A stretch of DNA of 20,000 nt from an uncultured virus (IMG/VR IMGVR_UViG_3300002220_000005) (IMGVR_UViG_3300002220_000005:44242-64241), one strand, 5' to 3'. Positions 7,326 to 16,275 are shown, counted from the first letter of the stretch. The notes: generated by a model from the letters alone, not told the origin. A program made the numbers and translations.

Positions 7326-7505
7326 ATGAAATCCATCCTGCGAACAGTCTGCGAAGAAATCGAACCAACACCAGGCGACGACTTGACCTATCCTTTACGC
7401 TTTGCATCACGAACCACGATCACGATTTATCTCCGCAAGGGTTGGTTAAAGCGCGACAACGGGAAGCTGATACTGACAGAGAAGGGATTTAAGGAAGAGG
7501 CATGA
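7326..7505 (+). CDS. small winged-helix-like protein, 59 aa
   Basis: Manually translated MKSILRTVC...LRKGWLKRDNGKLILTEKGFKEEA; AAGGAG RBS; wing-like LTEKG motif. Confidence 0.65.
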   Translation: MKSILRTVCEEIEPTPGDDLTYPLRFASRTTITIYLRKGWLKRDNGKLILTEKGFKEEA

Positions 7506-7681
7506 AAATAAAAATCATCGGTTACGATTGCACAATATGTAACGTCCACCATGAAGAAGGGACTAAAATATTCAAAGAACATTACGATAAGCACTTTGAG
7601 GCTACCGGGAAATATATTGGACAACCCGAGGGCAAGGTATTCAAATATGAGTGGGTCGAGTATCCAGTGGACAGCACATAA
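7502..7681 (+). CDS. hypothetical protein, 59 aa
   Basis: Manually translated MKIKIIGYDCTICNVHH...; ATGA overlap. Confidence 0.7.
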   Translation: MKIKIIGYDCTICNVHHEEGTKIFKEHYDKHFEATGKYIGQPEGKVFKYEWVEYPVDST

Positions 7682-7702
7682 TTCAACCTTACCAACAAAG
7701 CT

Positions 7703-7740
7703 AGGGCCGGAAAGAAGTCAATCAATCCGGCCCTTTTCTT
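7703..7740 (+). terminator. Rho-independent terminator ending the rightward array
   Basis: AGGGCCGGA...TCCGGCCCT stem followed by TTTCTT, at the convergence of two operons. Confidence 0.75.
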
Positions 7741-7760
7741 ATCTGGAATCCTTCCGAAAA

Positions 7761-7844
7761 CTATAATCTCCACATCACCCACAAAACAATCGCCACGACC
7801 AAGATGAACGACCCTGCCATAGCATCAGGGAAATACGGGTTCAT
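7761..7844 (-). CDS. 27-aa single-transmembrane peptide
   Basis: MNPYFPDAMAGSFILVVAIVLWVMWRL; GGAGGT RBS overlapping the end of the resolvase gene. Confidence 0.55.
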   Translation of the reverse strand: MNPYFPDAMAGSFILVVAIVLWVMWRL

Positions 7845-7848
7845 GGGT

Positions 7849-8349
7849 TTACCTCCGCAATAGTCGGTAGTTAATGCCATACAGACAGATCAGCAACGCT
7901 TCAGCCTTGTGGTTGTCCTTCTTCAGCTTGACCGAACCAGGATACAATTGCTGTACCCTGAGCAATGAAGCATCCTTCCCTTTCTGCATCCCTGCCATCA
8001 TCTTCGCCTTCCACGATACCGGAGAAATCAGGTCATAGGGAATCTGCAAACCGATACAGATACCTTCAAGGATACCCGCTGATTTCATGTAATGGGCCGT
8101 TGATGAGATACCCTGCTTAACAATCTTGCCGGATACCTTATCAAATCTCTCTGCTGGCATTGCCTGAGCTTTTTCAAGAAACACATGATCGGCACCAATC
8201 AGAGCATCACGGATGGCCGCACCGTTCATTTCATTCTTGTCACCTACCTTGATAGCGGGGATATCCTTCATCCAGAGCAAGGCACCTTTGTCATCGAGAG
8301 CCACGACAGCCGGGGAAATGCCGGGGTCGATACCGATATAAACGCTCAT
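7849..8349 (-). CDS. RuvC-like Holliday junction resolvase (phage type)
   Basis: YIGIDPG, VFLEK, ISPVSWK and NHKAEALLI motifs. Confidence 0.88.
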   Translation of the reverse strand: MSVYIGIDPGISPAVVALDDKGALLWMKDIPAIKVGDKNEMNGAAIRDALIGADHVFLEKAQAMPAERFDKVSGKIVKQGISSTAHYMKSAGILEGICIGLQIPYDLISPVSWKAKMMAGMQKGKDASLLRVQQLYPGSVKLKKDNHKAEALLICLYGINYRLLRR

Positions 8350-8540
8350 CGGTTAACCTTCCTGAGTTCAGCTAATGCGCGAGTCAAATCCATACTGGCA
8401 CGTTTGGCGGCGGCACTTTCTTTTGAACACCAGAGAACGTATTCGTCTTTTCCGGTATAGTTTTTCTTCTTCGCTTCCTCTGCTTTCTTGATGAACCGCC
8501 TTGCTTCGGCTATTGCCGTATTCAGGGTTTCAAGTGTCAT
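8346..8540 (-). CDS. hypothetical helical protein
   Basis: Start reassigned to MTLETL after AAGGAGG. Confidence 0.75.
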   Translation of the reverse strand: MTLETLNTAIAEARRFIKKAEEAKKKNYTGKDEYVLWCSKESAAAKRASMDLTRALAELRKVNR

Positions 8541-8542
8541 CT

Positions 8543-8695
8543 TTATTTCCCTCCTTTTATCCGAATTGATTTGACGATGCTGTACTGATAGAGAATCTTG
8601 AATCTCCTGTTCGCTTCCCAAACGTTCTTGGCCTTGACAGCCTCCACGGATGGTTCGTCGGCACCTTTCTTGAGATGGAAGAAGAGATAGGTCAC
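8543..8695 (-). CDS. hypothetical protein, 50 aa
   Basis: GTG start overlapping the ATPase stop (GTGA); GGAGGTG RBS. Confidence 0.6.
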   Translation of the reverse strand: MTYLFFHLKKGADEPSVEAVKAKNVWEANRRFKILYQYSIVKSIRIKGGK

Positions 8696-10176
8696 TTCTT
8701 CACCTCCCCATTCTCCACCAGTATTGCCCCTTCCGGTATCTTCTCTCCATGCTGAACGAACGTAAGGAAGTAGCAAAAGTCATCCCCTTCGATCTGCTTC
8801 CTGAACTCTTCAAACGTCTCATCGTCGAGACTTTCGGCCCTGTCAAGGAACAGAACTTTCAGCTTCGCGTCCTTGTTCAATTCCCGAACCATCTGCAAGG
8901 CAACGCCAATCTGCTCACTGGTACTCATGTTGTCCAGTGACTTCTCTCCGATGAAGATGTTATCCCCGTCGATTCTCAGTCCTTCGATGGGTATGTTGGC
9001 ATCCTTGACGATCTTGGCAGGAATGTCCTTCCTGAGCTTGTCGATAATGCCGGTCAGGTTCTTGCTCTGAGCATCAAGGGTATCGACCTCCTTCTTAATC
9101 TCCTGCGCCTTGTCGTACTTCTCCTTGAGGGTCTGTTTCTGTTTGGCTTCAAGGATGGCGGCATCGAGAGAAAGTATCTCTGCTTCGACACCAGAGATGT
9201 CAGGCACGTTAACCAGAGGGAAATCATCAAGGGCCGCTTCCTGTTCTTTGATAGCCTTCAGCGCATCGTCTTTCACACTCAAATGCTGTAGCGCAACCTC
9301 ATGGTGTGTGCGTATCTCGGCAAGCGAATCCTGCATCGCCTTTATCTCGGCCTCGTAATTGGCGATGGTCGTCTCATAGGAGGGAATCATCTGGATTTCG
9401 GCTTCGTTGACTTCAGCCAGTATACCCTCAAACTCCTTGATCTTGGTCTCAATCCGCGCCCTTGCTTTCTCGGCGTTTTCGTTCTGAACTTTGATGTTCT
9501 CGGCGGCGGTTTTCTGAGCTTCAATCTCTTTCAGCTTGGCAATAAGGTCATCGACGTTGGCTTCAACCTCTTCGGGTTTATACCCGTCCGGTATCGCTTC
9601 CTGATAGGCTCCTTCCTTCTGCTTCAACTGCTTGTTGATGTCGGTGCGCTTGGAATAGTAGAGGTCTTCCAGGTTCTTCAGGATGGTAAGGCCATCCACT
9701 TTCTCAAAGTTCGGGCGTATCCTGTCCATCAGTTCCGGTTCGATCACATCCGTTAGATACTCTTCCTTGACCTTCGGGTTGAAAAGCTCTGTAACGTACT
9801 TCCTGCGGTCTTTGCCGTCCATGAGGACAAAGGCTAAGGGGTCGAAGGAAAAGTTACCGAGAAGGCTATTGAGGAACTTCTGAGGGTTCGCCTTGATGTC
9901 GCCTTCGGTATTTGTGACTTTCACCCTCTGACCTTTCGCGGTTATGACCCTCTGAACCTTGATGCCGTCCATATCGATCAGAATTTCGGCCTTGTCTTCG
10001 CCGGTCTTGATTACGTTGGGGTCTGTGGTTCCGAGAAGTCCGGCCTGAACGAGTTTGATAAATGAAGTCTTCCCTCCTTTATTCTTTCCGGCGAGAACGT
10101 TCAGCTTGGAATCCGGTTCAAGCTCCACTTCTTTGAGAATGAGAAAGTTACTGCCTGTGATTTTGTTGATCTTCAT
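8692..10176 (-). CDS. SMC/Rad50-like ABC-type ATPase with central coiled coil
   Basis: Walker A GKNKGGKTS, long coiled coil, signature-like MSTSEQ, Walker B/D-loop VLFLDRAESLD. Confidence 0.88.
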   Translation of the reverse strand: MKINKITGSNFLILKEVELEPDSKLNVLAGKNKGGKTSFIKLVQAGLLGTTDPNVIKTGEDKAEILIDMDGIKVQRVITAKGQRVKVTNTEGDIKANPQKFLNSLLGNFSFDPLAFVLMDGKDRRKYVTELFNPKVKEEYLTDVIEPELMDRIRPNFEKVDGLTILKNLEDLYYSKRTDINKQLKQKEGAYQEAIPDGYKPEEVEANVDDLIAKLKEIEAQKTAAENIKVQNENAEKARARIETKIKEFEGILAEVNEAEIQMIPSYETTIANYEAEIKAMQDSLAEIRTHHEVALQHLSVKDDALKAIKEQEAALDDFPLVNVPDISGVEAEILSLDAAILEAKQKQTLKEKYDKAQEIKKEVDTLDAQSKNLTGIIDKLRKDIPAKIVKDANIPIEGLRIDGDNIFIGEKSLDNMSTSEQIGVALQMVRELNKDAKLKVLFLDRAESLDDETFEEFRKQIEGDDFCYFLTFVQHGEKIPEGAILVENGEVKK

Positions 10177-10179
10177 ATC

Positions 10180-10509
10180 TTACCCCTCCTTTTCGGTAAT
10201 TTTTCTCTTGTATATCGTTGTCGTCGTGACCACCTCTTCGGCCTCAACTTCACAAATAGATTCGGGGTCAAACTCCCATCCTTTGTCGCGTGGTGAATCG
10301 TCGCCGGTTGTTTCTGCATCGTTGAAGCCGATGAGCATACCACCCACCTCGACAACGGTGAAACACTCATTCCAGTGCCTGTGACGGTCATAATCTCCCG
10401 TCCAGACATGCTTGCCTTCCTGTATGGTTTCGATGAGGTCGTTGTCTGAGGTTCCGTATCCGTGTTTTTCGTTGTACGCTGTCACATGGTTTTTAATACG
10501 CTCGTTCAT
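10180..10509 (-). CDS. hypothetical phage protein
   Basis: Start reassigned to MNERIK after GGAGGGG. Confidence 0.75.
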   Translation of the reverse strand: MNERIKNHVTAYNEKHGYGTSDNDLIETIQEGKHVWTGDYDRHRHWNECFTVVEVGGMLIGFNDAETTGDDSPRDKGWEFDPESICEVEAEEVVTTTTIYKRKITEKEG

Positions 10510-10513
10510 CGTC

Positions 10514-11077
10514 TTACCCCTCCTGTCCCTGCGCCCGTTCTTCGGCATATGTCTCAATCGGAGTCGGCCCTGCATGGGCAGGTGCCTTACGTCCCCTTCC
10601 TCTGCTCTTGGCTTCATCTTTCATCTGGTCATAGATGGTATCAGCCAAGGACGCCACCCTTTCTTTCCAACGCGGGTCATCGCGGTTTAGCTCCATCTCT
10701 TCGTAGAAATCGCTTACATCGTGGTCAAGGAGCCTGTACGGATTGTCGGCCTCAATGTCCACAAACGTATGCCGGAGTTCATGGCGCAGGAGTCGTTCCC
10801 TGTCTGTTGCCCCTGTATTCTGCCAGACGACCTTATCGACAATAACGATGTAATCGTACCCGTCCTCGATGCCTTCCTTCTCATCGGCGGTGAAGTGCTT
10901 GATAAGCTCATTCGGCAACATGATACGGGCGAGGACAATGGCCCCACCGGATACCCGTTTCTTCAGGTCAAAAAGGGGCTTGATCTTGGCGTTGACCAGT
11001 TCAGGGAACGACTCCCTCCTGATAGCTGACAATGCGGTGATGACTGATGAATCCACATCTTCGTAACGATTATACAT
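10514..11077 (-). CDS. putative phage metallopeptidase
   Basis: HELRH (HExxH) motif followed by HDV, the pattern of the phage metallopeptidase family. Confidence 0.82.
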   Translation of the reverse strand: MYNRYEDVDSSVITALSAIRRESFPELVNAKIKPLFDLKKRVSGGAIVLARIMLPNELIKHFTADEKEGIEDGYDYIVIVDKVVWQNTGATDRERLLRHELRHTFVDIEADNPYRLLDHDVSDFYEEMELNRDDPRWKERVASLADTIYDQMKDEAKSRGRGRKAPAHAGPTPIETYAEERAQGQEG

Positions 11078-11092
11078 TGATGGTTCCTCCTT

Positions 11093-11395
11093 TTAAAGTT
11101 CCACGCGCTTGATTGTTCTCTGCGTATCCCGAACGAACCTTGCGATGTCCTTCAGGATTGCCCTCATCTCATCGAAGTATGGAGGCCAAGGCTGTTGCAT
11201 GGCTTTTGCTTCCATTGGCATTCCAAGCTCTGGTTTTGGTTCCGGCATCTTGGTGATCGGAGAAAGTTTATCCTCTGTCGCTTTCGACATGACTTCAGCT
11301 TCGCTTGCAATCCGCCTTGCCATATCAAGAAGCTGACCACCCACCGACTGTTCCTTCGTAGACTTACATTCACATCCTAATGCTGTCTCGTTCAT
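11093..11395 (-). CDS. hypothetical protein
   Basis: ORF track; AAGGAGG RBS. Confidence 0.75.
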   Translation of the reverse strand: MNETALGCECKSTKEQSVGGQLLDMARRIASEAEVMSKATEDKLSPITKMPEPKPELGMPMEAKAMQQPWPPYFDEMRAILKDIARFVRDTQRTIKRVEL

Positions 11396-11406
11396 TTGGT
11401 TCCTCC

Positions 11407-11559
11407 TTAAAATAGTTTTCTCTTTCGCTCGACCTCTTCCAAGGCCCGTTTATCTGCTTCCCACCTGCTCATGCCCTTGTTGGCTTCCTCCATGATTGCA
11501 GACCGTTCGTTGAAGTAATCAAGTTCTTCGGGCGTCAGGTCTTTAACGTCGAGGTTCAT
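11407..11559 (-). CDS. small protein with FxERxAIME motif
   Basis: MNLDVKDLTPEELDYFNERSAIMEE...; ATGA overlap with the upstream ORF. Confidence 0.7.
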   Translation of the reverse strand: MNLDVKDLTPEELDYFNERSAIMEEANKGMSRWEADKRALEEVERKRKLF

Positions 11560-11723
11560 ACCGCGACAATCCTGGGCTTGGATGAAGCAAAAACAGGGGG
11601 TTCCGCATAGTCTGGGCAAGGACGGCAATATTCACAGACAATTTCACCAACACCGCTAACAATGCAAACCTTGGGACACACCCCTTTCTTCTGACAGGTC
11701 TTACAGCAAGTCCTCTCAGCCAT
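11556..11723 (-). CDS. Cys-rich protein, 55 aa
   Basis: Manually translated MAERTCCKTCQKKGVCPKVC...CEYCRPCPDY; GGAGGTG RBS; fills the gap. Confidence 0.7.
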   Translation of the reverse strand: MAERTCCKTCQKKGVCPKVCIVSGVGEIVCEYCRPCPDYAEPPVFASSKPRIVAV

Positions 11724-11943
11724 TCCCCACCTCCAATTCTTTCTTCAGCGGGTATATCCTTTTGAGCAATGTCTTACCCACTGCTTTGTTATGCTCCGAC
11801 TTGCAACCAACAACCGCCGCCTTCTTCGTGCCGTTGTCATCGAAGATAAGGGTATAGGTTTCAAGTTCGACGGTTTCTCTTGGCCCTACCTGTATCTTTT
11901 TTTTGCCTGTTGGCTGAACTGCTTCGAGTTTTACGATGTCCAT
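11716..11943 (-). CDS. hypothetical protein
   Basis: ORF track; RBS present. Confidence 0.75.
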   Translation of the reverse strand: MDIVKLEAVQPTGKKKIQVGPRETVELETYTLIFDDNGTKKAAVVGCKSEHNKAVGKTLLKRIYPLKKELEVGNG

Positions 11944-11965
11944 GCTATTTCACCTTCCTCCTTTT

Positions 11966-12241
11966 TTAATAGTTGATCGGTTCCCTGCGTATCGTCTGCC
12001 CTCTGCTTTCGTTCATCTGACCTCTGAGATATTTTGTCTGCTGAACAAAATCGAAGAGTTCGCCGGAGCCATGAAACTCCTTCATGTAGCTGAATCCGTC
12101 TGCACGGCTGATCTGGAACACAAACATCACCTTGCCTCTGTCGCCTGACCGGAGTTCATAGTCAAGCCCTTTGTGACCGACAAGGTAGGCCGCGAAGTAA
12201 ATGTCCATCGTTGTAAATTCCTGCGTTGCTGAGTTGTCCAT
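11966..12241 (-). CDS. DUF5659-like protein
   Basis: TMDIYFAAYL...GKVMFVF pattern, recalled for this family. Confidence 0.65.
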   Translation of the reverse strand: MDNSATQEFTTMDIYFAAYLVGHKGLDYELRSGDRGKVMFVFQISRADGFSYMKEFHGSGELFDFVQQTKYLRGQMNESRGQTIRREPINY

Positions 12242-12270
12242 AGTTTATTCTCCTTGTTGAATTTCTTTGG

Positions 12271-12690
12271 TTACATAGGAATGTCATCTTCTTCCGGCAC
12301 GAACGTATCGTCATCCTGTGACCGCTGGCTTGATGATGGCCTTGATGACGATGAACTTCCACCTTCGCTCTTGCCTCCGAGCATCTTCATGTCGTTTATA
12401 ATGACCTCGTGAGTCTTGCGCTTGACGCCCTGCTTGTCCTCGAACTCCCTGATTTCCAGTTCCCCTTCGACATAAAGAAGAGAACCCTTCTTGACGTACT
12501 GGCCGATGATTTCGGCGAGTTTGCGCCATGCGATGATCTTGTGCCACGTTGTCTTTTCCTGTTTCTCTCCGTTCTTCTTCCATGATTTTGTAGTGGCAAG
12601 ATTGAACTGAGCTACGGCGGTTCCATCAGTGGTAAAACGTATCTCAGGGTCAGCACCGACACGGCCTATAAGTTGGATTTTATTGAGCAA
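12271..12690 (-). CDS. ssb: single-stranded DNA-binding protein
   Basis: NKIQLIGRVGADPE, WHKIIAW, KKGSLLYVEG motifs; acidic tail EEDDIPM. Confidence 0.97.
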   Translation of the reverse strand: MLNKIQLIGRVGADPEIRFTTDGTAVAQFNLATTKSWKKNGEKQEKTTWHKIIAWRKLAEIIGQYVKKGSLLYVEGELEIREFEDKQGVKRKTHEVIINDMKMLGGKSEGGSSSSSRPSSSQRSQDDDTFVPEEDDIPM

Positions 12691-12691
12691 G

Positions 12692-13417
12692 CTATTTCAC
12701 CTCCTTCTCAAGAATCTGTGATGATTCATAATCAGCCGTGAACAACAATGTGACCAAGGGATATTCGTCTGCCGCTTTCCTGAACGCGAATCCGCTTGGG
12801 TAATTGAAATGAATACCGGCATCGAATGAAGTCATGTGCCACCTGATCGCCAACTTCTCTTCGTCTGTGAGGTAAAAGAAGTCCTGAAGGATGGATACAG
12901 ACTTCTCGCCATGACCGAGAGGCAACTGGTCGTTGACCTTGTAAGAAACGCCTTTTTCAGGCGGGTTGCCCTGACATCTGCCCTTGTACCATTCAATGAG
13001 TTTGCTTGCGTATTGCTTGGTTAAGCCTTCAGCTTCAAGGGCAGGGTAGAATGTTCCGGCAAGAGTTTTGAGGTAATTTACCTGCGCCGTTGACGGGCCT
13101 TCATCGTCAATCTCGTACATATTGACCTTGCATAAATCGTGGCCGAGGGCGCACATAATAATAGAACTTTCGGAGATTTTAAGGTTATAACGCTTGACCT
13201 TCTCCCTGAGAAGTTCATAGACATTAAGGCTGTGTGCGGCCAAACCGCCCTTGCAGGCAAGATGAAAGATTGTGGAACAGGGGGCCGAGAAGAAATCGCT
13301 GTTCGTCAGCCACTCCTTGAACATCTCGACGTTGATGGCAACGTCCTGATTAATCTCGCTCCACAGATTCAGTATCATGGTTCTGTTAATGTCCTGTTGT
13401 TCGTTCGATATCGTCAT
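12692..13417 (-). CDS. HD-domain phosphohydrolase with an internal insertion
   Basis: APCST..H, GGLAAHS, HDLCK, LGHGEKSV, AIRWHM and AD motifs; start MTISNE after AAGGAGG. Confidence 0.88.
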   Translation of the reverse strand: MTISNEQQDINRTMILNLWSEINQDVAINVEMFKEWLTNSDFFSAPCSTIFHLACKGGLAAHSLNVYELLREKVKRYNLKISESSIIMCALGHDLCKVNMYEIDDEGPSTAQVNYLKTLAGTFYPALEAEGLTKQYASKLIEWYKGRCQGNPPEKGVSYKVNDQLPLGHGEKSVSILQDFFYLTDEEKLAIRWHMTSFDAGIHFNYPSGFAFRKAADEYPLVTLLFTADYESSQILEKEVK

Positions 13418-13430
13418 ACTAACTTCCTCC

Positions 13431-13688
13431 TTACAGTGCCGCAAATTCGGCTTCGAGGTCTTTGATCTGCTGTTCACATTCAGCTTTGGCAATGGCGACG
13501 AAGGTGAGAGAGAACTGAGCGTTTTTCAGGAAAAACCAACCATAATACCCCTCAATTTTCATCCCTTGCCCACGGCAGTTATCTTCCTCGATTGACTCCG
13601 CTATCCTAGCCAGATTAACCAAGCTAGTCTTCTTATCCTCAATCTCCGCTAACAACTCATCTGCCCTTTTCTTCTGTTCTTTTGTCAT
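13431..13688 (-). CDS. hypothetical protein
   Basis: ORF track; ATGA overlap with recT. Confidence 0.75.
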   Translation of the reverse strand: MTKEQKKRADELLAEIEDKKTSLVNLARIAESIEEDNCRGQGMKIEGYYGWFFLKNAQFSLTFVAIAKAECEQQIKDLEAEFAAL

Positions 13689-14617
13689 ACCAACTTCCCT
13701 CCTTCCTTTGCACCCGCATCGGTAGTCGTACTTCCCACGGGTGTGTCCTTCTTCTCGTCTTTCTTGAGGTTGCCGAGCTTCGCCTTCAGGTCTTCCGTTT
13801 TGCTCTCTGTTCCGGTTCTCGCATCTTCGGTAAGCTCGTAGTCGGCGTGTTCCTGAACGTCCTCATCATCGAAGAAGAACTCTTTGACAGGTGCGCCGAT
13901 TGCCTCTGACTTTTCTTCCAGTTCAACGACCCTCTGAAGCTCTGTCGCGGACGGTATGAGCTTGGCGATCTGCCTGATGGGGCATTTAATCCACATCCAC
14001 TTCGGGTCGTCAACCCATATGCAGGAGTAAATCTTCTTAGCCTTGTATGCCTGATAGGACGAAGACTTCTCCCTGATTTCCAGAATCTCTTCATCCCACA
14101 TCCACATCTTGACGATACCACCGCCGACGAGCCTGACAATGGTATATGCGGCCACCATCTCCGTACCTCTTTCGGAAGGTCTACCACTGATATGACATTC
14201 ACCTTTTTTGTATGATGCCATTGCTTCAGCCTCTTCTTTGTCGTAAACGAGGCCGACGTTTACATCAATGACCTTCGGGCTTCTGTAGGCAAGTTCAATC
14301 AAGCCCTTATATCCAGGGATGAACTGAGCATCAAGCCTTTTTGCGCGACTGTTCCAGAAGGGGACGATGAAGGCGAGTCCACGACCATCGTCAATGTCAA
14401 GGCCCAACTGAGCCGACTGGATGACCGACCGGAGAAAACTCTTGGGTTCGCACTCATAGAGCTTTGGGTTCTTCTGCGTTGCTGTGAACGCAATCCTTAC
14501 GAACTGATCGGGGTCGAAGCTCTTGGGCAATGCCCTCGCTATCTGCGGTTTATACTTCTCAAGCATCGTGTTCAATGTCTTTGCTCGTACCTGTAATGCT
14601 GTACTCTGATCTGCCAT
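13685..14617 (-). CDS. recT: RecT-family ssDNA-annealing recombinase
   Basis: QIARALP, NPKLYEC, AQLGL, AFIVPF, AQFIPGYKGLIELAYRS and MWIK motifs. Confidence 0.93.
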   Translation of the reverse strand: MADQSTALQVRAKTLNTMLEKYKPQIARALPKSFDPDQFVRIAFTATQKNPKLYECEPKSFLRSVIQSAQLGLDIDDGRGLAFIVPFWNSRAKRLDAQFIPGYKGLIELAYRSPKVIDVNVGLVYDKEEAEAMASYKKGECHISGRPSERGTEMVAAYTIVRLVGGGIVKMWMWDEEILEIREKSSSYQAYKAKKIYSCIWVDDPKWMWIKCPIRQIAKLIPSATELQRVVELEEKSEAIGAPVKEFFFDDEDVQEHADYELTEDARTGTESKTEDLKAKLGNLKKDEKKDTPVGSTTTDAGAKEGGKLV

Positions 14618-14631
14618 ACTGATGTTCCTCC

Positions 14632-14868
14632 TTATTTAACTGTTTTCTTTTCGACTCTGACGCTATCGTTTTCGCATGAGAATTTGCCGTAATACAACCA
14701 TCCAGCCCTTTCCATAGCCCCGTTTAAACCTTCTTCGATGTCTTCGGGATACCTTGCGTATTCACGAACAACGGCTTTTGCTCTGTCGATAGCCACCGTA
14801 ACATCCCGAAAGACCTCAACGCTAGGGTCAGAATGTCTGTCCTCGATCAACACAATAAAGACATCCAT
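14632..14868 (-). CDS. hypothetical protein
   Basis: ORF track; AAGGAGG RBS. Confidence 0.75.
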   Translation of the reverse strand: MDVFIVLIEDRHSDPSVEVFRDVTVAIDRAKAVVREYARYPEDIEEGLNGAMERAGWLYYGKFSCENDSVRVEKKTVK

Positions 14869-14884
14869 GCCTTCCTCCTTGTCT

Positions 14885-15856
14885 TTATCTGACTCTATAC
14901 AGAGCCAGTCTTTTCGACTGCGACGGCTTCTTGAACTCCGCTACAAGCTCAGGATGAACAACCGCCAACTTCTTAGTATCCCACCTGTTACTCACCACAT
15001 CCGTGTAATAGACCTTACTGCTTCCCACCTGAACCTTCGGCGCGAGAACTTCCATCCGCATCTTGATCTTTTCCTTTACGGAATCCATCATCTCATCGGC
15101 CTCATCCTTGACCGCCTTGACTTCCCAATACTCTTCGGTGTACCGTTCCAATTCCTCATCGAGAACCAGTTCGATACTGGAATCAGTCTGAGCAAAAGCC
15201 AGGTACTCTTCGTTGGTGATGCCTTGGCAGGTGGTTTGGAAGTTACAACGCATACACCTTTTGTCCTTTTTCTCCAACTTCTCCGGCATGGTGCGCCGTT
15301 TGACGAGTTCCCAAAATGCGGCGGCACCTTCTCTGGCCTTGGCTATAAGCTCATCGTCTCTCAGTACATCGAAGTGAAAGAGGTCTGCCAATTCTGCCGA
15401 AAAGAACGCAAAAGCTCCCCATGCCAGTTTTCTGATACCGAGCATTTGCTGAAGCTGAAGGATATACCCTTCTTGCGCTCCTTTACGTTTCACATCAAGG
15501 AAAACGCGAAGGGAAGGGGCTTTTATTTCCAGGATGCCGGGGCCGCGATCATCAGCTACTATTTCCCTGTCAAGGTGACAGCCCATCCAATCGTATTCAT
15601 CGTCAACGATCAGATTATTGCGTCGCCGTACCTTGCGTCCCGTTTCCTTTGCATAGAGAGACGCCGCCACAGGCTCAAGGATGTTCCCGCGCCTGATATT
15701 GAAGTTCTCATCCATGTTGTCGGGGTAGTCTGGTTCTGTGCCGGTCTTCTTGTAGTAAAGCCTTCTCTGGCAACCATACGGAGGGATACTGAAGACATCC
15801 CCCAAGTCGGACGCTCCGAGATACTTTGTTCTGTCGCCTAAATCGATGTCACTCAC
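14885..15856 (-). CDS. YqaJ-like (lambda-exonuclease family) recombination nuclease
   Basis: RTKYLGASD, RGNILEP, HLDR, ILEIK and YILQLQQ motifs; upstream of recT. Confidence 0.93.
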   Translation of the reverse strand: MSDIDLGDRTKYLGASDLGDVFSIPPYGCQRRLYYKKTGTEPDYPDNMDENFNIRRGNILEPVAASLYAKETGRKVRRRNNLIVDDEYDWMGCHLDREIVADDRGPGILEIKAPSLRVFLDVKRKGAQEGYILQLQQMLGIRKLAWGAFAFFSAELADLFHFDVLRDDELIAKAREGAAAFWELVKRRTMPEKLEKKDKRCMRCNFQTTCQGITNEEYLAFAQTDSSIELVLDEELERYTEEYWEVKAVKDEADEMMDSVKEKIKMRMEVLAPKVQVGSSKVYYTDVVSNRWDTKKLAVVHPELVAEFKKPSQSKRLALYRVR

Positions 15857-15870
15857 TCGTTTCTACCTCC

Positions 15871-16149
15871 TTATTTTTGTGTCCACGCCGGCAGATAGAA
15901 CCAGTAGTCATAGCCCAACTGTTCAACGGTAGTCATGGCAAGAGGATTGGGCTTGACTCTCCCATAGATGACCCTTGATCGATGCCTTCGGGGAACGCGG
16001 ATAGCAACTTGCTCCTTTATAACAAAAGCAACCGCATCGTACATGAGTTCTTCCGCATGAGGCGGCCTATCGTGAATTGCGATATCGCCTATAACGCTAT
16101 CAGGGTCAAACTTACGTTCCTTACCATCTGAAATCTTATTTAATGCCAC
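15871..16149 (-). CDS. hypothetical protein
   Basis: ORF track; AAGGAGGT RBS. Confidence 0.7.
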   Translation of the reverse strand: MALNKISDGKERKFDPDSVIGDIAIHDRPPHAEELMYDAVAFVIKEQVAIRVPRRHRSRVIYGRVKPNPLAMTTVEQLGYDYWFYLPAWTQK

Positions 16150-16275
16150 GGCCTCTCTACCTCCTTATCTGTCGTCCAACAACCCATTGGTGTGTGTCTG
16201 CCCTCATTCCTGTAGCCCTTTTGGATATTCAGCCTGTCACCAAAAGGGATGACAAGGCTAAACGGGCAAATTTTT

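Noticed and set aside
14738..15841. 367-aa plus-strand ORF
   Set aside because: Antisense shadow of the YqaJ gene; no RBS or recognisable motifs.
16199..16268. Known self-cleaving ribozyme (pistol, twister, HDV-like, hammerhead)
   Set aside because: Conserved catalytic-core sequences and helix order not matched by eye; kept only as an unknown structured element.
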